Positions 26,491-36,571 of a stretch of DNA of 58,592 bases are shown in pieces; within the stretch, counting starts at the first letter, position 1, and every line of letters begins with the position of its first letter. Made by a program: the position numbers and the translations under genes. The stretch comes from Candidatus Enterousia sp. GTDB lineage: Bacteria > Pseudomonadota > Alphaproteobacteria > Rs-D84. The notes beneath the pieces were generated by a model. That model did not search any database and was not told the origin of the DNA. It was given only the letters and a program-made list of their open reading frames with translations. The stretch is from positions 1 through 58,592 of the forward strand of contig JAZSDC010000022.1 in the NCBI GenBank assembly GCA_045530935.1. The letters run 5' to 3'.

Positions 26491-27522
26491 TTATTCTTCG
26501 TTTTTGTCAGGGATTTGACCGTCTGCGGATAGTAATACCGCAATCCAACGCGTGTTGTCAAACTGGGCGCATATTATGTACAGGGCAACCAATAATGGAA
26601 CACTAAAGAACATACCTGCGACACCCCATATCATACCCCATACAACCAGGTTTATTAATATTGCCAATGTTGACAGGTTTAGTGTCTTGCCAGTTAATTT
26701 TGGTTCAATAATGTTGCCAAATAATATTTGCAGCCCGATTAAGCCAATGGCGGTTAATATTGGTTCTTGCAGTGTGGGGTATGATACCAAAGAATATAAT
26801 ATTGGCAGTCCGCATGCAATGATTGCGCCAATTGTTGGAATGTAACTGGTTACAAATACGATAAATGCCCAAACGCCTGCAAATTCAACACCAATCATTT
26901 GCATCCAGAAATACGAGGCGACACCAGTAATTGCCGATATGGTTGTTTTAACGAATAGATATTTTTTCATGTTGGTATCAATGCTGTCCAAAATATAACG
27001 CGTTTTCTTGAATTGTCTGCGTCCAGGAAACATTGCAGCAAATTTTTTATTAAATGTGCTTTGTTCTACAAACATAAATATCATGTATACCAATACCATA
27101 CCAAATGACGCGGCGATGCCCGCAATGGAAGTGCCGATATTGGCAGCGATTTTGGTTATGTTTGGTATTATGTTTGAGTCAAATTTTAGTCCAATGGATT
27201 TGGATAAGTAACTGCCAAATTCTGTTAACTTTGTTTGCAGTGCTGGCAGGGCGTTTACCAGTTCTGAGAACATGGGGCGGATTTGTGTTATGAACAAGTA
27301 ACTGACTAATCCGATTGTTGCAAGTGTGGCGATGTTTGCAAGGTAATCAAATATAATGTTTGTAATTTTTTTATTGGTATATCTGGGTAATACACGACGA
27401 TAATAATCAGAAATGGCGTTCATTAAATACCACAGAAATGTAGCGATTAATAGCGGGATGAATATTGAACGGCCAATCCATAACAGAAAAATACTGCTGA
27501 TTAAAATAATAATCTTGTTCAT
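26491..27522 (-). CDS. AI-2E family transporter (PerM-like)
   Basis: About 8 TM segments, typical IPTIGAII...GLIGLQILFGNIIEPKL.GK.L.LS region. Confidence 0.8.
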   Translation of the reverse strand: MNKIIILISSIFLLWIGRSIFIPLLIATFLWYLMNAISDYYRRVLPRYTNKKITNIIFDYLANIATLATIGLVSYLFITQIRPMFSELVNALPALQTKLTEFGSYLSKSIGLKFDSNIIPNITKIAANIGTSIAGIAASFGMVLVYMIFMFVEQSTFNKKFAAMFPGRRQFKKTRYILDSIDTNMKKYLFVKTTISAITGVASYFWMQMIGVEFAGVWAFIVFVTSYIPTIGAIIACGLPILYSLVSYPTLQEPILTAIGLIGLQILFGNIIEPKLTGKTLNLSTLAILINLVVWGMIWGVAGMFFSVPLLVALYIICAQFDNTRWIAVLLSADGQIPDKNEE

Positions 27523-27555
27523 ATTTTTTTTTACCCCCTTTTTGGGTTCAGCTGT

Positions 27556-28419
27556 TTATATAAACTGTTGTATGTAGATAACTAAAACAGTCATTGTTGC
27601 CAATAGAACTAAGTTTACAAGGATTGCAACAGTTGTGTATGTTTTTCCAATATTTTCAATAAAACGTTTTTTTCCAACCTGCAATACCCAGATGCCAAAT
27701 ATTAATGCCAGGCATGCAGTAAATAAAACCCCGCTGTCGCCAAATAAACTTGCAGAGAACAGACAGCTGGCAATAAATGTAAGAATAGTGTAAATTGGTT
27801 TTGAAATAATTTTGTTATTTAGTCGTTGGTACCACTGTGGGGTTTCTATGACATATGTGTTCTTTTTGTTTGTTTGGTTCAAAATGTATCCAGGAATCCA
27901 TAATGCAGAGAAACCAAATGGAACACTTAGTATGATTTTCCACATTGGAATTTTGAAATCTTTTATGCGACGGATTTTTGCGGCCATGTTTGCAACAAGA
28001 AGTCCTATTAAATATAATGCCATGATTGCGTAAAATGTGGCCATTACAAGGTATTTTGGAGTTAACTGCGCCCCCATAAGGTTTAATCTGAATATTATTT
28101 GATTAATGTTAGATATAATCATGTATGAAATTAGAATGTAAAGTGTTAGGCCAATAAACGCTTGGGCGTTGTATACGCCAACAAATGATGCATGATTCAT
28201 TTCTGCACGCAATAATTTGCGTATTGTTAAGATAATGCAGGATAGACCTGTTACACCACACAGAATCATTACAGGTGTTTCCATAATTGTTGCGGATGAA
28301 TAAAATGCTCTGATCAGAATTGTGTATAAAAAACTAACAACAGATAATGCGACAAGTGTGCCCAAAGCAAATTTTAATGGCGACCATAACAGCCATGTTG
28401 ATATTTTTGTTGTTTTCAT
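27556..28419 (-). CDS. multi-pass membrane protein, unknown function
   Basis: 287 aa with 8 or more hydrophobic segments. No recognisable motif. Confidence 0.5.
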   Translation of the reverse strand: MKTTKISTWLLWSPLKFALGTLVALSVVSFLYTILIRAFYSSATIMETPVMILCGVTGLSCIILTIRKLLRAEMNHASFVGVYNAQAFIGLTLYILISYMIISNINQIIFRLNLMGAQLTPKYLVMATFYAIMALYLIGLLVANMAAKIRRIKDFKIPMWKIILSVPFGFSALWIPGYILNQTNKKNTYVIETPQWYQRLNNKIISKPIYTILTFIASCLFSASLFGDSGVLFTACLALIFGIWVLQVGKKRFIENIGKTYTTVAILVNLVLLATMTVLVIYIQQFI

Positions 28420-28447
28420 TTTCCTATCCTTTTCTTGGTATTTGTTT

Positions 28448-29125
28448 TTATTTTATCATAATTTTGCCATTAGATAAAGTTGTAGTATTAGTTAACTGTA
28501 TCTGTGATGTAAAATCATTTTGGTGGCTGATTATTAAAAATGTTGTGTCTGGCATAGAATTTATTGTGTCTGTGATTAATTTTTTTGTATCCGCGTCTGC
28601 GCCAGAGTCGGGTTCGTCAAGTATCGCAAATTTTGGTTTTGTTAACAGCAATTGTAACAGCATTAAGCGTTTGCGTTCGCCACCAGAAAAACCAACGTTA
28701 ATGCTGCGGTTTAACCATTCGCGTGGTATTGATAGTTTTTCGCGTGCAGATTCCAGATTGGTTAAAAATTCGCCCATTGATAAATCATGGCCTGTGTTGA
28801 AATGATGATGGGCTGTGCAAGAATGTTTTAGAAAACTGATTACTGTCAGACCAGGTATTTCTGGGACATGCTGGGCGCCCATAAATATTCCCAACAGTGC
28901 ACGTGTTGTTGTGTTTTCGTTGGTTATGTCGCGTCCATCAAATATTATTTTACCAGATGTGATTCTGTATTCAGGATTGCCTGCAATTGTTTGGGCAAGT
29001 GTAGATTTGCCAGAACCGTTATGACCAGATAACAGGTGGCGTGCACCATGGGCTATTTTCAGATTAATATTTGTTAATAATGTGCGTTCGTTATATGCAA
29101 CGATTAGTTCTTTTATTTCCAACAT
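28448..29125 (-). CDS. sufC: Fe-S cluster assembly ATPase SufC
   Basis: Walker A GHNGSGKST, signature FSGGERKR, Walker B ILDEPDSG. Adjacent to sufB. Confidence 0.9.
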   Translation of the reverse strand: MLEIKELIVAYNERTLLTNINLKIAHGARHLLSGHNGSGKSTLAQTIAGNPEYRITSGKIIFDGRDITNENTTTRALLGIFMGAQHVPEIPGLTVISFLKHSCTAHHHFNTGHDLSMGEFLTNLESAREKLSIPREWLNRSINVGFSGGERKRLMLLQLLLTKPKFAILDEPDSGADADTKKLITDTINSMPDTTFLIISHQNDFTSQIQLTNTTTLSNGKIMIK

Positions 29126-29129
29126 TTTA

Positions 29130-30458
29130 TTAGTCCTTGGATAAAGCCATTTGTATTAATTGTTTTGATTCAACTAAAAACTCCATTGGCAGGCGTGATA
29201 ATACAGGGGTTGCCATCGCGCCAATAATTAGTGCGGTTGCAGAATCTGTGTCAATGCCAGCCATATTCAGGTAGGTTAGTGTGGTGTTGTCAATCGCGCC
29301 TGTGCGTGCTTCGTGTGATTGTAAATTGTTTTTTCCGTTATGGATAATGCGTGGCAATGTGTTTGCTGTTGCAGTTGTGCCTATTAAGCGACTGTCACAT
29401 TTTGAAGCGTTTTTACAATTTGACCCGGAAAAAGATACCAGACTGCGGAATGTTTGTGAAGAACGATCCGTTGCAACGCCATATGATACGATGTTAGAGG
29501 TTGAATTGTTGCCAATATGTATCATTTTTGTTCCTGTGTCTGCCATCTGGGCGCCGCGTGTTATAGACAACGAGTAAAAGTCGCTATACGCATTGTTTCC
29601 GCGTAAAATTGTTGATGGGTATTTCCATGTCAGGGCGCTGCCAATTTCCATTTGGGTCCATAGTAATTTTGCATTATTATGACAAATGCCACGCTTGGTT
29701 ACAAAATTTAAAATACCGCCGTTGTTTTTTTTGCCGTCAAAATCACCAGCAAACCAATTTTGTACGGTGGCATATTTTATAGTTGCGTCGTCATGAGCGA
29801 TAATTTCAACCACGCCACTGTGTAATTGGTGTGATGGGCGACGTGGTGCGCTGCAGCCTTCCATGTATGTTAGTTCGGCCCCAGTGTCTGCTATTATGAG
29901 CGTTCGTTCAAATTGTCCAATTTTTGCAGTTTCTATTCTGAAATAGCTAGCTAAATCAATGGGGCATTTGGTTTGTGGTGGAATGTATACAAATGTCCCG
30001 TCAGAGAAAACAGCTGCGTTCAATGTAGCAAAAAAATTATCAGTCGGTGGAACAACGGTTCCTAAATATTTTTTTACTAAATCTGGATGTTTTTCTACTG
30101 CTTCTGAAAAAGGTAAAAATATTATCCCAAGTCGTTTTAATTCTGCGGTATATGACGTGTGGACCGAGCGGCTGTCTATTACTGTATCTGTGGCCATTCC
30201 CATCAGGGCTTTTTTCTCGCTTTCTGGTAATCCCATTTTGTCGTAAACAGATTCTAGGTCAGAATTGTCAATAGGGGCAGGGTTGTTGTAGTAATCTAGG
30301 GTGTCGTAATCAATTGGTTCATAATCAACTAATCCCCAATGTGGTTCAGATATGTTGCGCCATGCGTTGAATGCTTTTAGACGCCACTGCAACAACCAGT
30401 CGGGCTCGTTACGATTGGATGATATTTCACGGATAAGATTTTCTGATATTTTTGCCAT
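29130..30458 (-). CDS. sufB: Fe-S cluster assembly scaffold SufB
   Basis: EPDWLLQWRLKAF, FSDGTFVYIP, YMEGCSAP, LNFVTKRG, TWKYPS..LRG... SufB blocks. No sufD follows. Confidence 0.9.
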   Translation of the reverse strand: MAKISENLIREISSNRNEPDWLLQWRLKAFNAWRNISEPHWGLVDYEPIDYDTLDYYNNPAPIDNSDLESVYDKMGLPESEKKALMGMATDTVIDSRSVHTSYTAELKRLGIIFLPFSEAVEKHPDLVKKYLGTVVPPTDNFFATLNAAVFSDGTFVYIPPQTKCPIDLASYFRIETAKIGQFERTLIIADTGAELTYMEGCSAPRRPSHQLHSGVVEIIAHDDATIKYATVQNWFAGDFDGKKNNGGILNFVTKRGICHNNAKLLWTQMEIGSALTWKYPSTILRGNNAYSDFYSLSITRGAQMADTGTKMIHIGNNSTSNIVSYGVATDRSSQTFRSLVSFSGSNCKNASKCDSRLIGTTATANTLPRIIHNGKNNLQSHEARTGAIDNTTLTYLNMAGIDTDSATALIIGAMATPVLSRLPMEFLVESKQLIQMALSKD

Positions 30459-30470
30459 TTATCCCTGGGG

Positions 30471-31013
30471 TTAATTATTTTGTGTGGCTAATTGTTTTGC
30501 CTGGGCAAAAAATGTTAGTGATTGCCCCAATAGACCATCTGTGAATGTACTGGATAGTAAACCATCTGGTTCGGTTGTTGTCAAATGTTGTAAAAATTTG
30601 TCGGCGCGATGCATGTAATTATCAATGTTACGCGCAATCTCTGAGTCCAATTTTATTGCGCGACGTAATTTTTCTAGGGCAAAAGGATTTTTTGCATATT
30701 CGTCCATTATTCCGCCCAGTGCACGCCACAGCGCATGTTCGGGGGTATTGCGTGGCATAATGTCAATTGCTGCCATAATAGGAATCAGGTTTTGTAACAG
30801 GTCTTGGTAAATCATTTCGGCATTTTCTGCAACAGCATTAGTGGCAGATTTGTTTTTTAGAATTGACTGAATTTTTACAAGCAGATTATACTGATGTTCA
30901 AGTGTCTTGCTGGTCGATTTTAGTTTTGTGTTTATATTGCGTATGTAATAAAAAGTTACGCAAATCAATAAGATAGTTAATCCAAGCATGATGAAATGTA
31001 TAATGTTTGTCAT
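30471..31013 (-). CDS. membrane-anchored hypothetical protein
   Basis: N-terminal TM segment (IIHFIMLGLTILLICVTFYYI) then a helical soluble part. Divergent from the secretin operon. Confidence 0.5.
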   Translation of the reverse strand: MTNIIHFIMLGLTILLICVTFYYIRNINTKLKSTSKTLEHQYNLLVKIQSILKNKSATNAVAENAEMIYQDLLQNLIPIMAAIDIMPRNTPEHALWRALGGIMDEYAKNPFALEKLRRAIKLDSEIARNIDNYMHRADKFLQHLTTTEPDGLLSSTFTDGLLGQSLTFFAQAKQLATQNN

Positions 31014-31133
31014 TTCTTTTCCTTAATAAGTTGTTTATATGTTCGCGTTGTGTAGTATAACATCTTTTTTCGATTCGTGCGATTTAATCTGGGGGGAAAT
31101 GTTTTTTATGTTGTTTTGTGTGTGTTTTATGAC

Positions 31134-31162
31134 TTGCACAGATTCGGTCAAATTGTTATAAT
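31134..31162 (+). promoter_or_regulatory. sigma70-like promoter (TTGCAC-17-TATAAT) for the tcpQ-like/pilN-like operon
   Basis: -35 at 31134..31139, 17-nt spacer, -10 at 31157..31162. Confidence 0.45.
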
Positions 31163-31206
31163 ACTTAAAAAGTAAGGGATTATTATAACAGGGAAAGGAA
31201 GTGTCT

Positions 31207-32151
31207 ATGTTCCGTAAGATATTGATTGTTGCAATGTTTGCAACGGCTACGTATTATTGTTATGCGTCTGAGTATTTGCCACAAGTGGTCACCTCGGAGG
31301 TTTTTTATGAACAGGATACAACAGTGGATTCTGGTGAACAGAGCGCGTCTGATGTGGTAGAGATTGCAATGGAACAGATTCCTGCGTGGCCGTTGGCAGG
31401 GTCGGATGCAGATGTCGAAGTGTCGTGCCAGGGTGGGGCTTGTTCCAAGAAAAAACAGCAGGATAATATACGTATCGTTTCCAAGATTGGTGCAGATTTA
31501 GTTGTAGAGAATAACTTTAATCTGGGGGCGCGTGGCGAATTTACAGGGTGGTCAGGCGGTGCAAATATGTTGCATGGTAATCAGATTCCTGTTGGATTTG
31601 ATGATGAATGTTATAATAGTTCAGAAATGCCGTTGTTGCATCGTGAAGTCTTGGAAGATGATGGGGCTAATGTTTTGGCAGTGTCGCGCAGCGGGCGCAA
31701 AAATTGTGGCAAGTACGCAGATACTTACGAAGCGTTTGCTGTAAGAAATGGTATGAGTGCGGAATTGGAAGCAGAAAAAAAGGAATTGTTAGCCTTGGGA
31801 AATGGCGATGTTTCAGAAACGGAAAGTGTAGAGGAGACTGAAGAGATTTCTGTCGATATTTCTGCAGATGCAGAAGCGCCAGCAGTGCTGACGGACCAGG
31901 TTCGTTCATGGGTGGTTGCAAATGGTCAAACATTGCGCGAGGTGTTACAGTCGTGGTGTGATAAAGAAGGTTGGGATTTGGTTTGGACAACCCCACGTGA
32001 ATATCCAATTGAAGCAAGCGCAGTGTTCAAAGGGCGTTTTGTTGATGTGGCATCTGCTCTGGTGCGTAACTTTGGTCGTGCAACGCCTGTGCCATATGCT
32101 AAGTTCTATAAAGGTAACAGGGTGTTGGTGATTTCAACGTCACAGGAATAA
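31207..32151 (+). CDS. TcpQ/PilL-like type IVb pilus accessory protein
   Basis: Signal peptide MFRKILIVAMFATATYYCYA. C-terminal WVVANGQTLREVLQSWCDKEGWDLVW....YPIEASAVFKG.F..A...L matches the TcpQ C-terminal domain pattern. ATG 31207 is preferred over GTG 31201 because of SD spacing. Confidence 0.6.
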   Translation: MFRKILIVAMFATATYYCYASEYLPQVVTSEVFYEQDTTVDSGEQSASDVVEIAMEQIPAWPLAGSDADVEVSCQGGACSKKKQQDNIRIVSKIGADLVVENNFNLGARGEFTGWSGGANMLHGNQIPVGFDDECYNSSEMPLLHREVLEDDGANVLAVSRSGRKNCGKYADTYEAFAVRNGMSAELEAEKKELLALGNGDVSETESVEETEEISVDISADAEAPAVLTDQVRSWVVANGQTLREVLQSWCDKEGWDLVWTTPREYPIEASAVFKGRFVDVASALVRNFGRATPVPYAKFYKGNRVLVISTSQE

Positions 32152-32186
32152 AATTTTATACATAGATGTTGTAGGAGAATATAGAT

Positions 32187-33815
32187 ATGATAAAGCCAAT
32201 GAAATTTTTTGTTCTTTCTATGGTTGCATTGCTGGCATTGGGTGGTTGTGCCAAGCGTGAGTCTGCAAAAGTAGCGGCATCTGTGGATCAAGATTTTATT
32301 AATGCATATGATGCTTTTGAAATGGCGAAAAATCCACGCGCTAAGGTTGCAAGTGGTGATACAGTGTCTATGTCAGAAGGAGTATGGTTGGGTAACAAGT
32401 CTGTGACGTTAGAGCATCGTAATAATTTGCCATCGAAATTTGAAACAGATACAGGGGTTACTATTTTGTTGAATGAACCTGTGTCATTGCAGGTTTTGGC
32501 AAATGATATATATTCTATGACAGGTATCCCTGTTAAGATAGATGGTCAAGTCTCGGCAGAAAAGTTGAAAAAGCAGGTTACAGTTGCCTATACAGGAAAG
32601 TTGTCGGGGTTGTTAAACCAGGTGGCAACCGATTTGGACTTGTTGTGGTATTATGACAAGAATTCAATTGTGTTTTATGAAACAGAAACAAGAACTTTTA
32701 CTTTGTATGCGCTGGGGACTGAGGTTGCGTATCAGACATCCGTATCGACGGATAATTCAAATGAAGTTTCACTGGAATCAACCTTGAAAGAATGGGATGA
32801 AGTTGAAAGCGCAATAGCGTCCATTATTGGCAAGGCGGATAATGCTGATTTTACTGTGTCGCGCAGTTTGGGTACGATTACTGTGACAGCATCACCATCG
32901 ATTCTGTCGCGTGTTGGTGAATATATCGAAAGACAGAACAAGCGTTTAAGTCAGCTGATTACGATTGATGTGAAGGTGTTGCAGGTTACTATTTCAAATG
33001 ATTCAGCGTTTGGATTAAATTTGGCGGCGGCAATTAATTCTTCGTCTGGATTGAATATTGTTGCTAATCCAAAAAATAATCTGGCATCAACCGAGGCAAG
33101 TTCAATGAACATTGCTGTGTTGTCAAATACGGTTTCTGCATTGACAGGTGCAACACATTTAGAAAATGGCACGATGGTAGAAGGGGCGTATACTAATGAT
33201 CAAATTATGAATGGTTCCCTTGCAGGGGCGGCAGGCAGTGCGGCATTGATAGAAGCATTGGCAAAGCAGGGCAAGGTGTCGTTGGTTACGAATGTTGGTG
33301 TCACAACGCGTTCAAACCGTGTGGCGCCAGTTAGCAATACGCGTACTACGGGTTACATAAAACGTTTTGAATCGCGTAATTTTACAACAGTTGAATCTAG
33401 CACAGTTGACCAAGATGATTTAGAAACAGGTTTTACGATGCAGTTGCTGCCGAATGTTTTGGAAAATGGCAAGATTTTATTGTTGTTCCGTATGTCTGTG
33501 CGTGAATTATTGCGTATGTCAACCCAGACAATCGGAGAAGTTACATTACAGTTACCAGAGGTTGAAGAACGTAGCTTTATGCAGGAAGTTATTATGGAAT
33601 CTGGTCAAATGTTGGTTGTTTCTGGTTTCGAAAAACAGACCAGCCAGGACAAGCGTTATGGTCTGGGTGATCCTGATTTTATGGCGTTGTCTGGTTCTCG
33701 CGAAACGTCTGCAACACGTGAAGTTTTGGTTGTTATATTGACACCACAGGTTTTGATAAGCCCAATGGATGCAGAACGTAGTATTCAGCAACATTGGGGG
33801 GCGCCATTGAATTAG
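32187..33815 (+). CDS. pilN: PilN-like type IVb pilus secretin lipoprotein
   Basis: Lipobox LALGGC. C-terminal secretin block GFTMQLLPNVLENGKILL...LPEVEERSFMQEVIMESGQMLVVSGF...REVLVVILTPQVL. Confidence 0.7.
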   Translation: MIKPMKFFVLSMVALLALGGCAKRESAKVAASVDQDFINAYDAFEMAKNPRAKVASGDTVSMSEGVWLGNKSVTLEHRNNLPSKFETDTGVTILLNEPVSLQVLANDIYSMTGIPVKIDGQVSAEKLKKQVTVAYTGKLSGLLNQVATDLDLLWYYDKNSIVFYETETRTFTLYALGTEVAYQTSVSTDNSNEVSLESTLKEWDEVESAIASIIGKADNADFTVSRSLGTITVTASPSILSRVGEYIERQNKRLSQLITIDVKVLQVTISNDSAFGLNLAAAINSSSGLNIVANPKNNLASTEASSMNIAVLSNTVSALTGATHLENGTMVEGAYTNDQIMNGSLAGAAGSAALIEALAKQGKVSLVTNVGVTTRSNRVAPVSNTRTTGYIKRFESRNFTTVESSTVDQDDLETGFTMQLLPNVLENGKILLLFRMSVRELLRMSTQTIGEVTLQLPEVEERSFMQEVIMESGQMLVVSGFEKQTSQDKRYGLGDPDFMALSGSRETSATREVLVVILTPQVLISPMDAERSIQQHWGAPLN

Positions 33816-33816
33816 T

Positions 33817-33849
33817 AAAAAAAAACCGGCATTATGCCGGTTTTTTTTA
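33817..33849. terminator. bidirectional terminator
   Basis: aaaaaaaaccggca / tta / tgccggtttttttt. Confidence 0.75.
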
Positions 33850-34359
33850 ATGTTGATTTTGGTTTTGGGTAATATAGGCGTTTATTTTTTGTTCGCGCAG
33901 TTTTAATTGTTTCTTTAAATCGCGACGTGATGCATGGTTTAAATGTGACATAAAATCTGTGCTGTATATGTCAAATACATACCATCCTTCTGGATATACT
34001 TGAACAACGGGTTGGTTGGTTGCTTTGTCCAGATATTCAATAATTGTTGCAGATATCTTTTCACCCATTACTTCACACAGGATTTCATGACCTGCTATCA
34101 TTTCGTTTGCACTTGGGGCAGGGAATTTTATTTGTGTAGAAGAAGATTGTTTTTTTCCGTTTATCTCTATAATTGTTAATGGTGTTGTTGGATTGGAATC
34201 TGATATTTTATAGTCTATATTTTTACAAAAATTCACAATATAGGTATTTTTCTTCTTTTTGCTGACATGGTTTTCTGGGATGTCGGGTTTGTTTGTTTTT
34301 GTTTCTATTTGTTCTGTTTTTTTTATGTCTTGGTGTTTGAAAATATTAAAAAAGCCCAT
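33847..34359 (-). CDS. hypothetical protein
   Basis: 170-aa ORF with its own promoter/operator (34382..34416). No family recognised. Confidence 0.45.
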   Translation of the reverse strand: MGFFNIFKHQDIKKTEQIETKTNKPDIPENHVSKKKKNTYIVNFCKNIDYKISDSNPTTPLTIIEINGKKQSSSTQIKFPAPSANEMIAGHEILCEVMGEKISATIIEYLDKATNQPVVQVYPEGWYVFDIYSTDFMSHLNHASRRDLKKQLKLREQKINAYITQNQNQH

Positions 34360-34381
34360 TGCTGTATCCTTTATTTGTTAC

Positions 34382-34416
34382 GCACACTATATTAGTGTGC
34401 AAAATTGGATTGTCAA
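34382..34416 (-). promoter_or_regulatory. promoter (TTGACA-16-TAATAT on the minus strand) overlapped by an 8-bp-arm palindrome
   Basis: Plus-strand tgtcaa at 34411..34416 is the -35 and atatta at 34389..34394 is the -10. Palindrome gcacacta-tat-tagtgtgc at 34382..34400 covers the -10 and the expected TSS. Confidence 0.4.
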
Positions 34417-34427
34417 TTAATAGATAA

Positions 34428-34457
34428 AAAAAACACCGAATTTTCGGTGCTTTTTTT
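34428..34457. terminator. hairpin terminator downstream of parE
   Basis: aaaaaaacaccgaa / ttttcggtg ctttttttt, with A- and T-runs on both sides. Confidence 0.6.
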
Positions 34458-36435
34458 ATACGAATAGGTCTTTAACGAACTGGGCGTGTTCCGTTATGAA
34501 TTTAAAACGAAACTCTGGCTTTTTGCCCATCAGTTCAGAAACAATAGTACGTGTTTTTTCTGTGTCTTCAGCACCTTCTTCGGTGCGTGGTGGTAAATCA
34601 ACGCGTATTAATCTGCGAGTCTTTGGTGACATGGTTGTTTCTTTTAATTGATTTGGCATCATTTCGCCCAATCCTTTGAAACGTGATATTTCGACACGCT
34701 TGTTTTTGTATTTGTTTGCCTTTAGGTTTTCTAGTTCTTCGTCGCTGTCAACATAGATTGATTCTGTGCCGCATGTTAATTTGTACAATGGTGGACATGA
34801 CAAGTATAAATGTCCGCCATAAATCAATTGGGGCATAAATTGATAGAAAAATGCCATTAACAGTGATGCAATATGGCTGCCGTCGACGTCAGCATCAGTC
34901 ATTATGATGATTTTTTCATAGCGCAATTTGTCGTCATTCCAATCTTTGGCAGTGCCGGCGCCAATAATATCAATTAAATCGTTTAATTCTTTGTTTGCGC
35001 CAAAGCGTTCATCGGAATTAGATATAACGTTTAATACTTTTCCACGCAGTGGCATAATTGCCTGGGTTGCGCGGTCGCGTGCTTGTTTTGCGGTGCCGCC
35101 TGCCGATTCGCCTTCGACGATGAATAGTTCTGTGCCTGCGATTCCGTGTTTAGAGCAATCTGCTAGTTTTGCAGGCATGCGAATGCGTTTAGTTGGTGTT
35201 TTGCGTGCAACGTCTTTGACTTGTTTGGTTTTGATGCGCGCATTGGCCAGATTTACAACAAATTCTAGTAAGGCGTTTGCTGTTTTAGGGTCTGATGCCA
35301 AAAACATTTCCCATGGATCACGCAGTGCGTTTTCTGTATAGCGTGCAATTTCTGGATTCGATAACTTTTCTTTGGTTTGCCCCAGGAATTGTGGTGTTTT
35401 GTAAAATACAGATACAATTGCCGCGACAGAGTCAAATACGTCTTCGCCAATTATTGTTGCAGCAGCTTTATTATTTACTTTTTCACCGTATGTTTTAATC
35501 CCTTTGGTAATTGCGGATTTAAAGCCTGTTTCGTGTGTGCCACCATCAATTGTTGCAATCGTGTTACAGTATGAAGAAAAGAAACCATCGTCAGATGCTG
35601 CGCCGTTTTCATCTGTTAAAAACGTTAACGCCCATTCAACACGTCCGCAATCATCGGGAAAGTCAACGCTGCCACTGAATATTCGTGGTAAAATGCGTGG
35701 TTTAGAATCTGTTTTTTCAGCCAAAAAGTCTGCGACGCCATTTGGATAATAAAATGTTGTTGTCGCAGGAATGTTCATGTCTTCGGTTAATAATTCTGGA
35801 TTACAATGCCATTCAATTTTTACACCACGAGACAAGAATGCCTTGGCGCGTGCCATACGATAAATTTTGACAGGCTTGAATACAGCGTTTTGTCCGAAAA
35901 TTTTGTCGTCAATTGTAAATCTTATCTTTGTTCCATGATTCTTGGTTGTGTCACCACGTGTCATTGGTGATGTTGTTAAGCCGCGTGAAAACGTCTGGTG
36001 CCAATTGTATCCGTCGCGTGCAATGTCAACAATCATTTCAGATGACAATGCATTAACAACCGCAGATCCAACACCATGTAATCCACCACTGGTCTTGTAA
36101 ACGTTATTGTTAAATTTACCGCCAGAATGTAAGGTTGTTAAAATAACTTCCAGTGCAGATTTTCCAGGAAATTTTGGATGTTCATCAACAGGAATGCCAC
36201 GACCATCGTCAGCAATTTCAATTGTTTTGGAATCGATTAGTTTAACGGTGATTTTTTTTGCAAAACCTGCAACCGCTTCGTCAATGGAATTATCCATAAT
36301 TTCAATTGGCAGGTGATGCCATGCTTTTTCATCAGTGCCACCAATGTACATGCCAGGGCGCAGTCGAACGGGTTCAAGACCTTCTAGGACCTGGATATCT
36401 GATGCATCATATGTTTGTGTGTTTTTCTCTATCAT
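34456..36435 (-). CDS. parE: DNA topoisomerase IV subunit B
   Basis: GHKL ATPase (YDASDIQVLEGLEPVRLRPGMYIGG), Toprim EGESAGG and IMTDADVDGSHI. 659 aa, without the long GyrB insert. Confidence 0.85.
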   Translation of the reverse strand: MIEKNTQTYDASDIQVLEGLEPVRLRPGMYIGGTDEKAWHHLPIEIMDNSIDEAVAGFAKKITVKLIDSKTIEIADDGRGIPVDEHPKFPGKSALEVILTTLHSGGKFNNNVYKTSGGLHGVGSAVVNALSSEMIVDIARDGYNWHQTFSRGLTTSPMTRGDTTKNHGTKIRFTIDDKIFGQNAVFKPVKIYRMARAKAFLSRGVKIEWHCNPELLTEDMNIPATTTFYYPNGVADFLAEKTDSKPRILPRIFSGSVDFPDDCGRVEWALTFLTDENGAASDDGFFSSYCNTIATIDGGTHETGFKSAITKGIKTYGEKVNNKAAATIIGEDVFDSVAAIVSVFYKTPQFLGQTKEKLSNPEIARYTENALRDPWEMFLASDPKTANALLEFVVNLANARIKTKQVKDVARKTPTKRIRMPAKLADCSKHGIAGTELFIVEGESAGGTAKQARDRATQAIMPLRGKVLNVISNSDERFGANKELNDLIDIIGAGTAKDWNDDKLRYEKIIIMTDADVDGSHIASLLMAFFYQFMPQLIYGGHLYLSCPPLYKLTCGTESIYVDSDEELENLKANKYKNKRVEISRFKGLGEMMPNQLKETTMSPKTRRLIRVDLPPRTEEGAEDTEKTRTIVSELMGKKPEFRFKFITEHAQFVKDLFV

Positions 36436-36571
36436 AATGCTTGTATTATTAGAACATTTTTAATTTTTTCGCAAGTCTAAAGAATTTTAACCTAAGTTAT
36501 ATTTTGGGGTTGAATTTTTGTTGTGTGCGACTATATATTTGTTAACAAACAAAATATATGGATGAAATATT

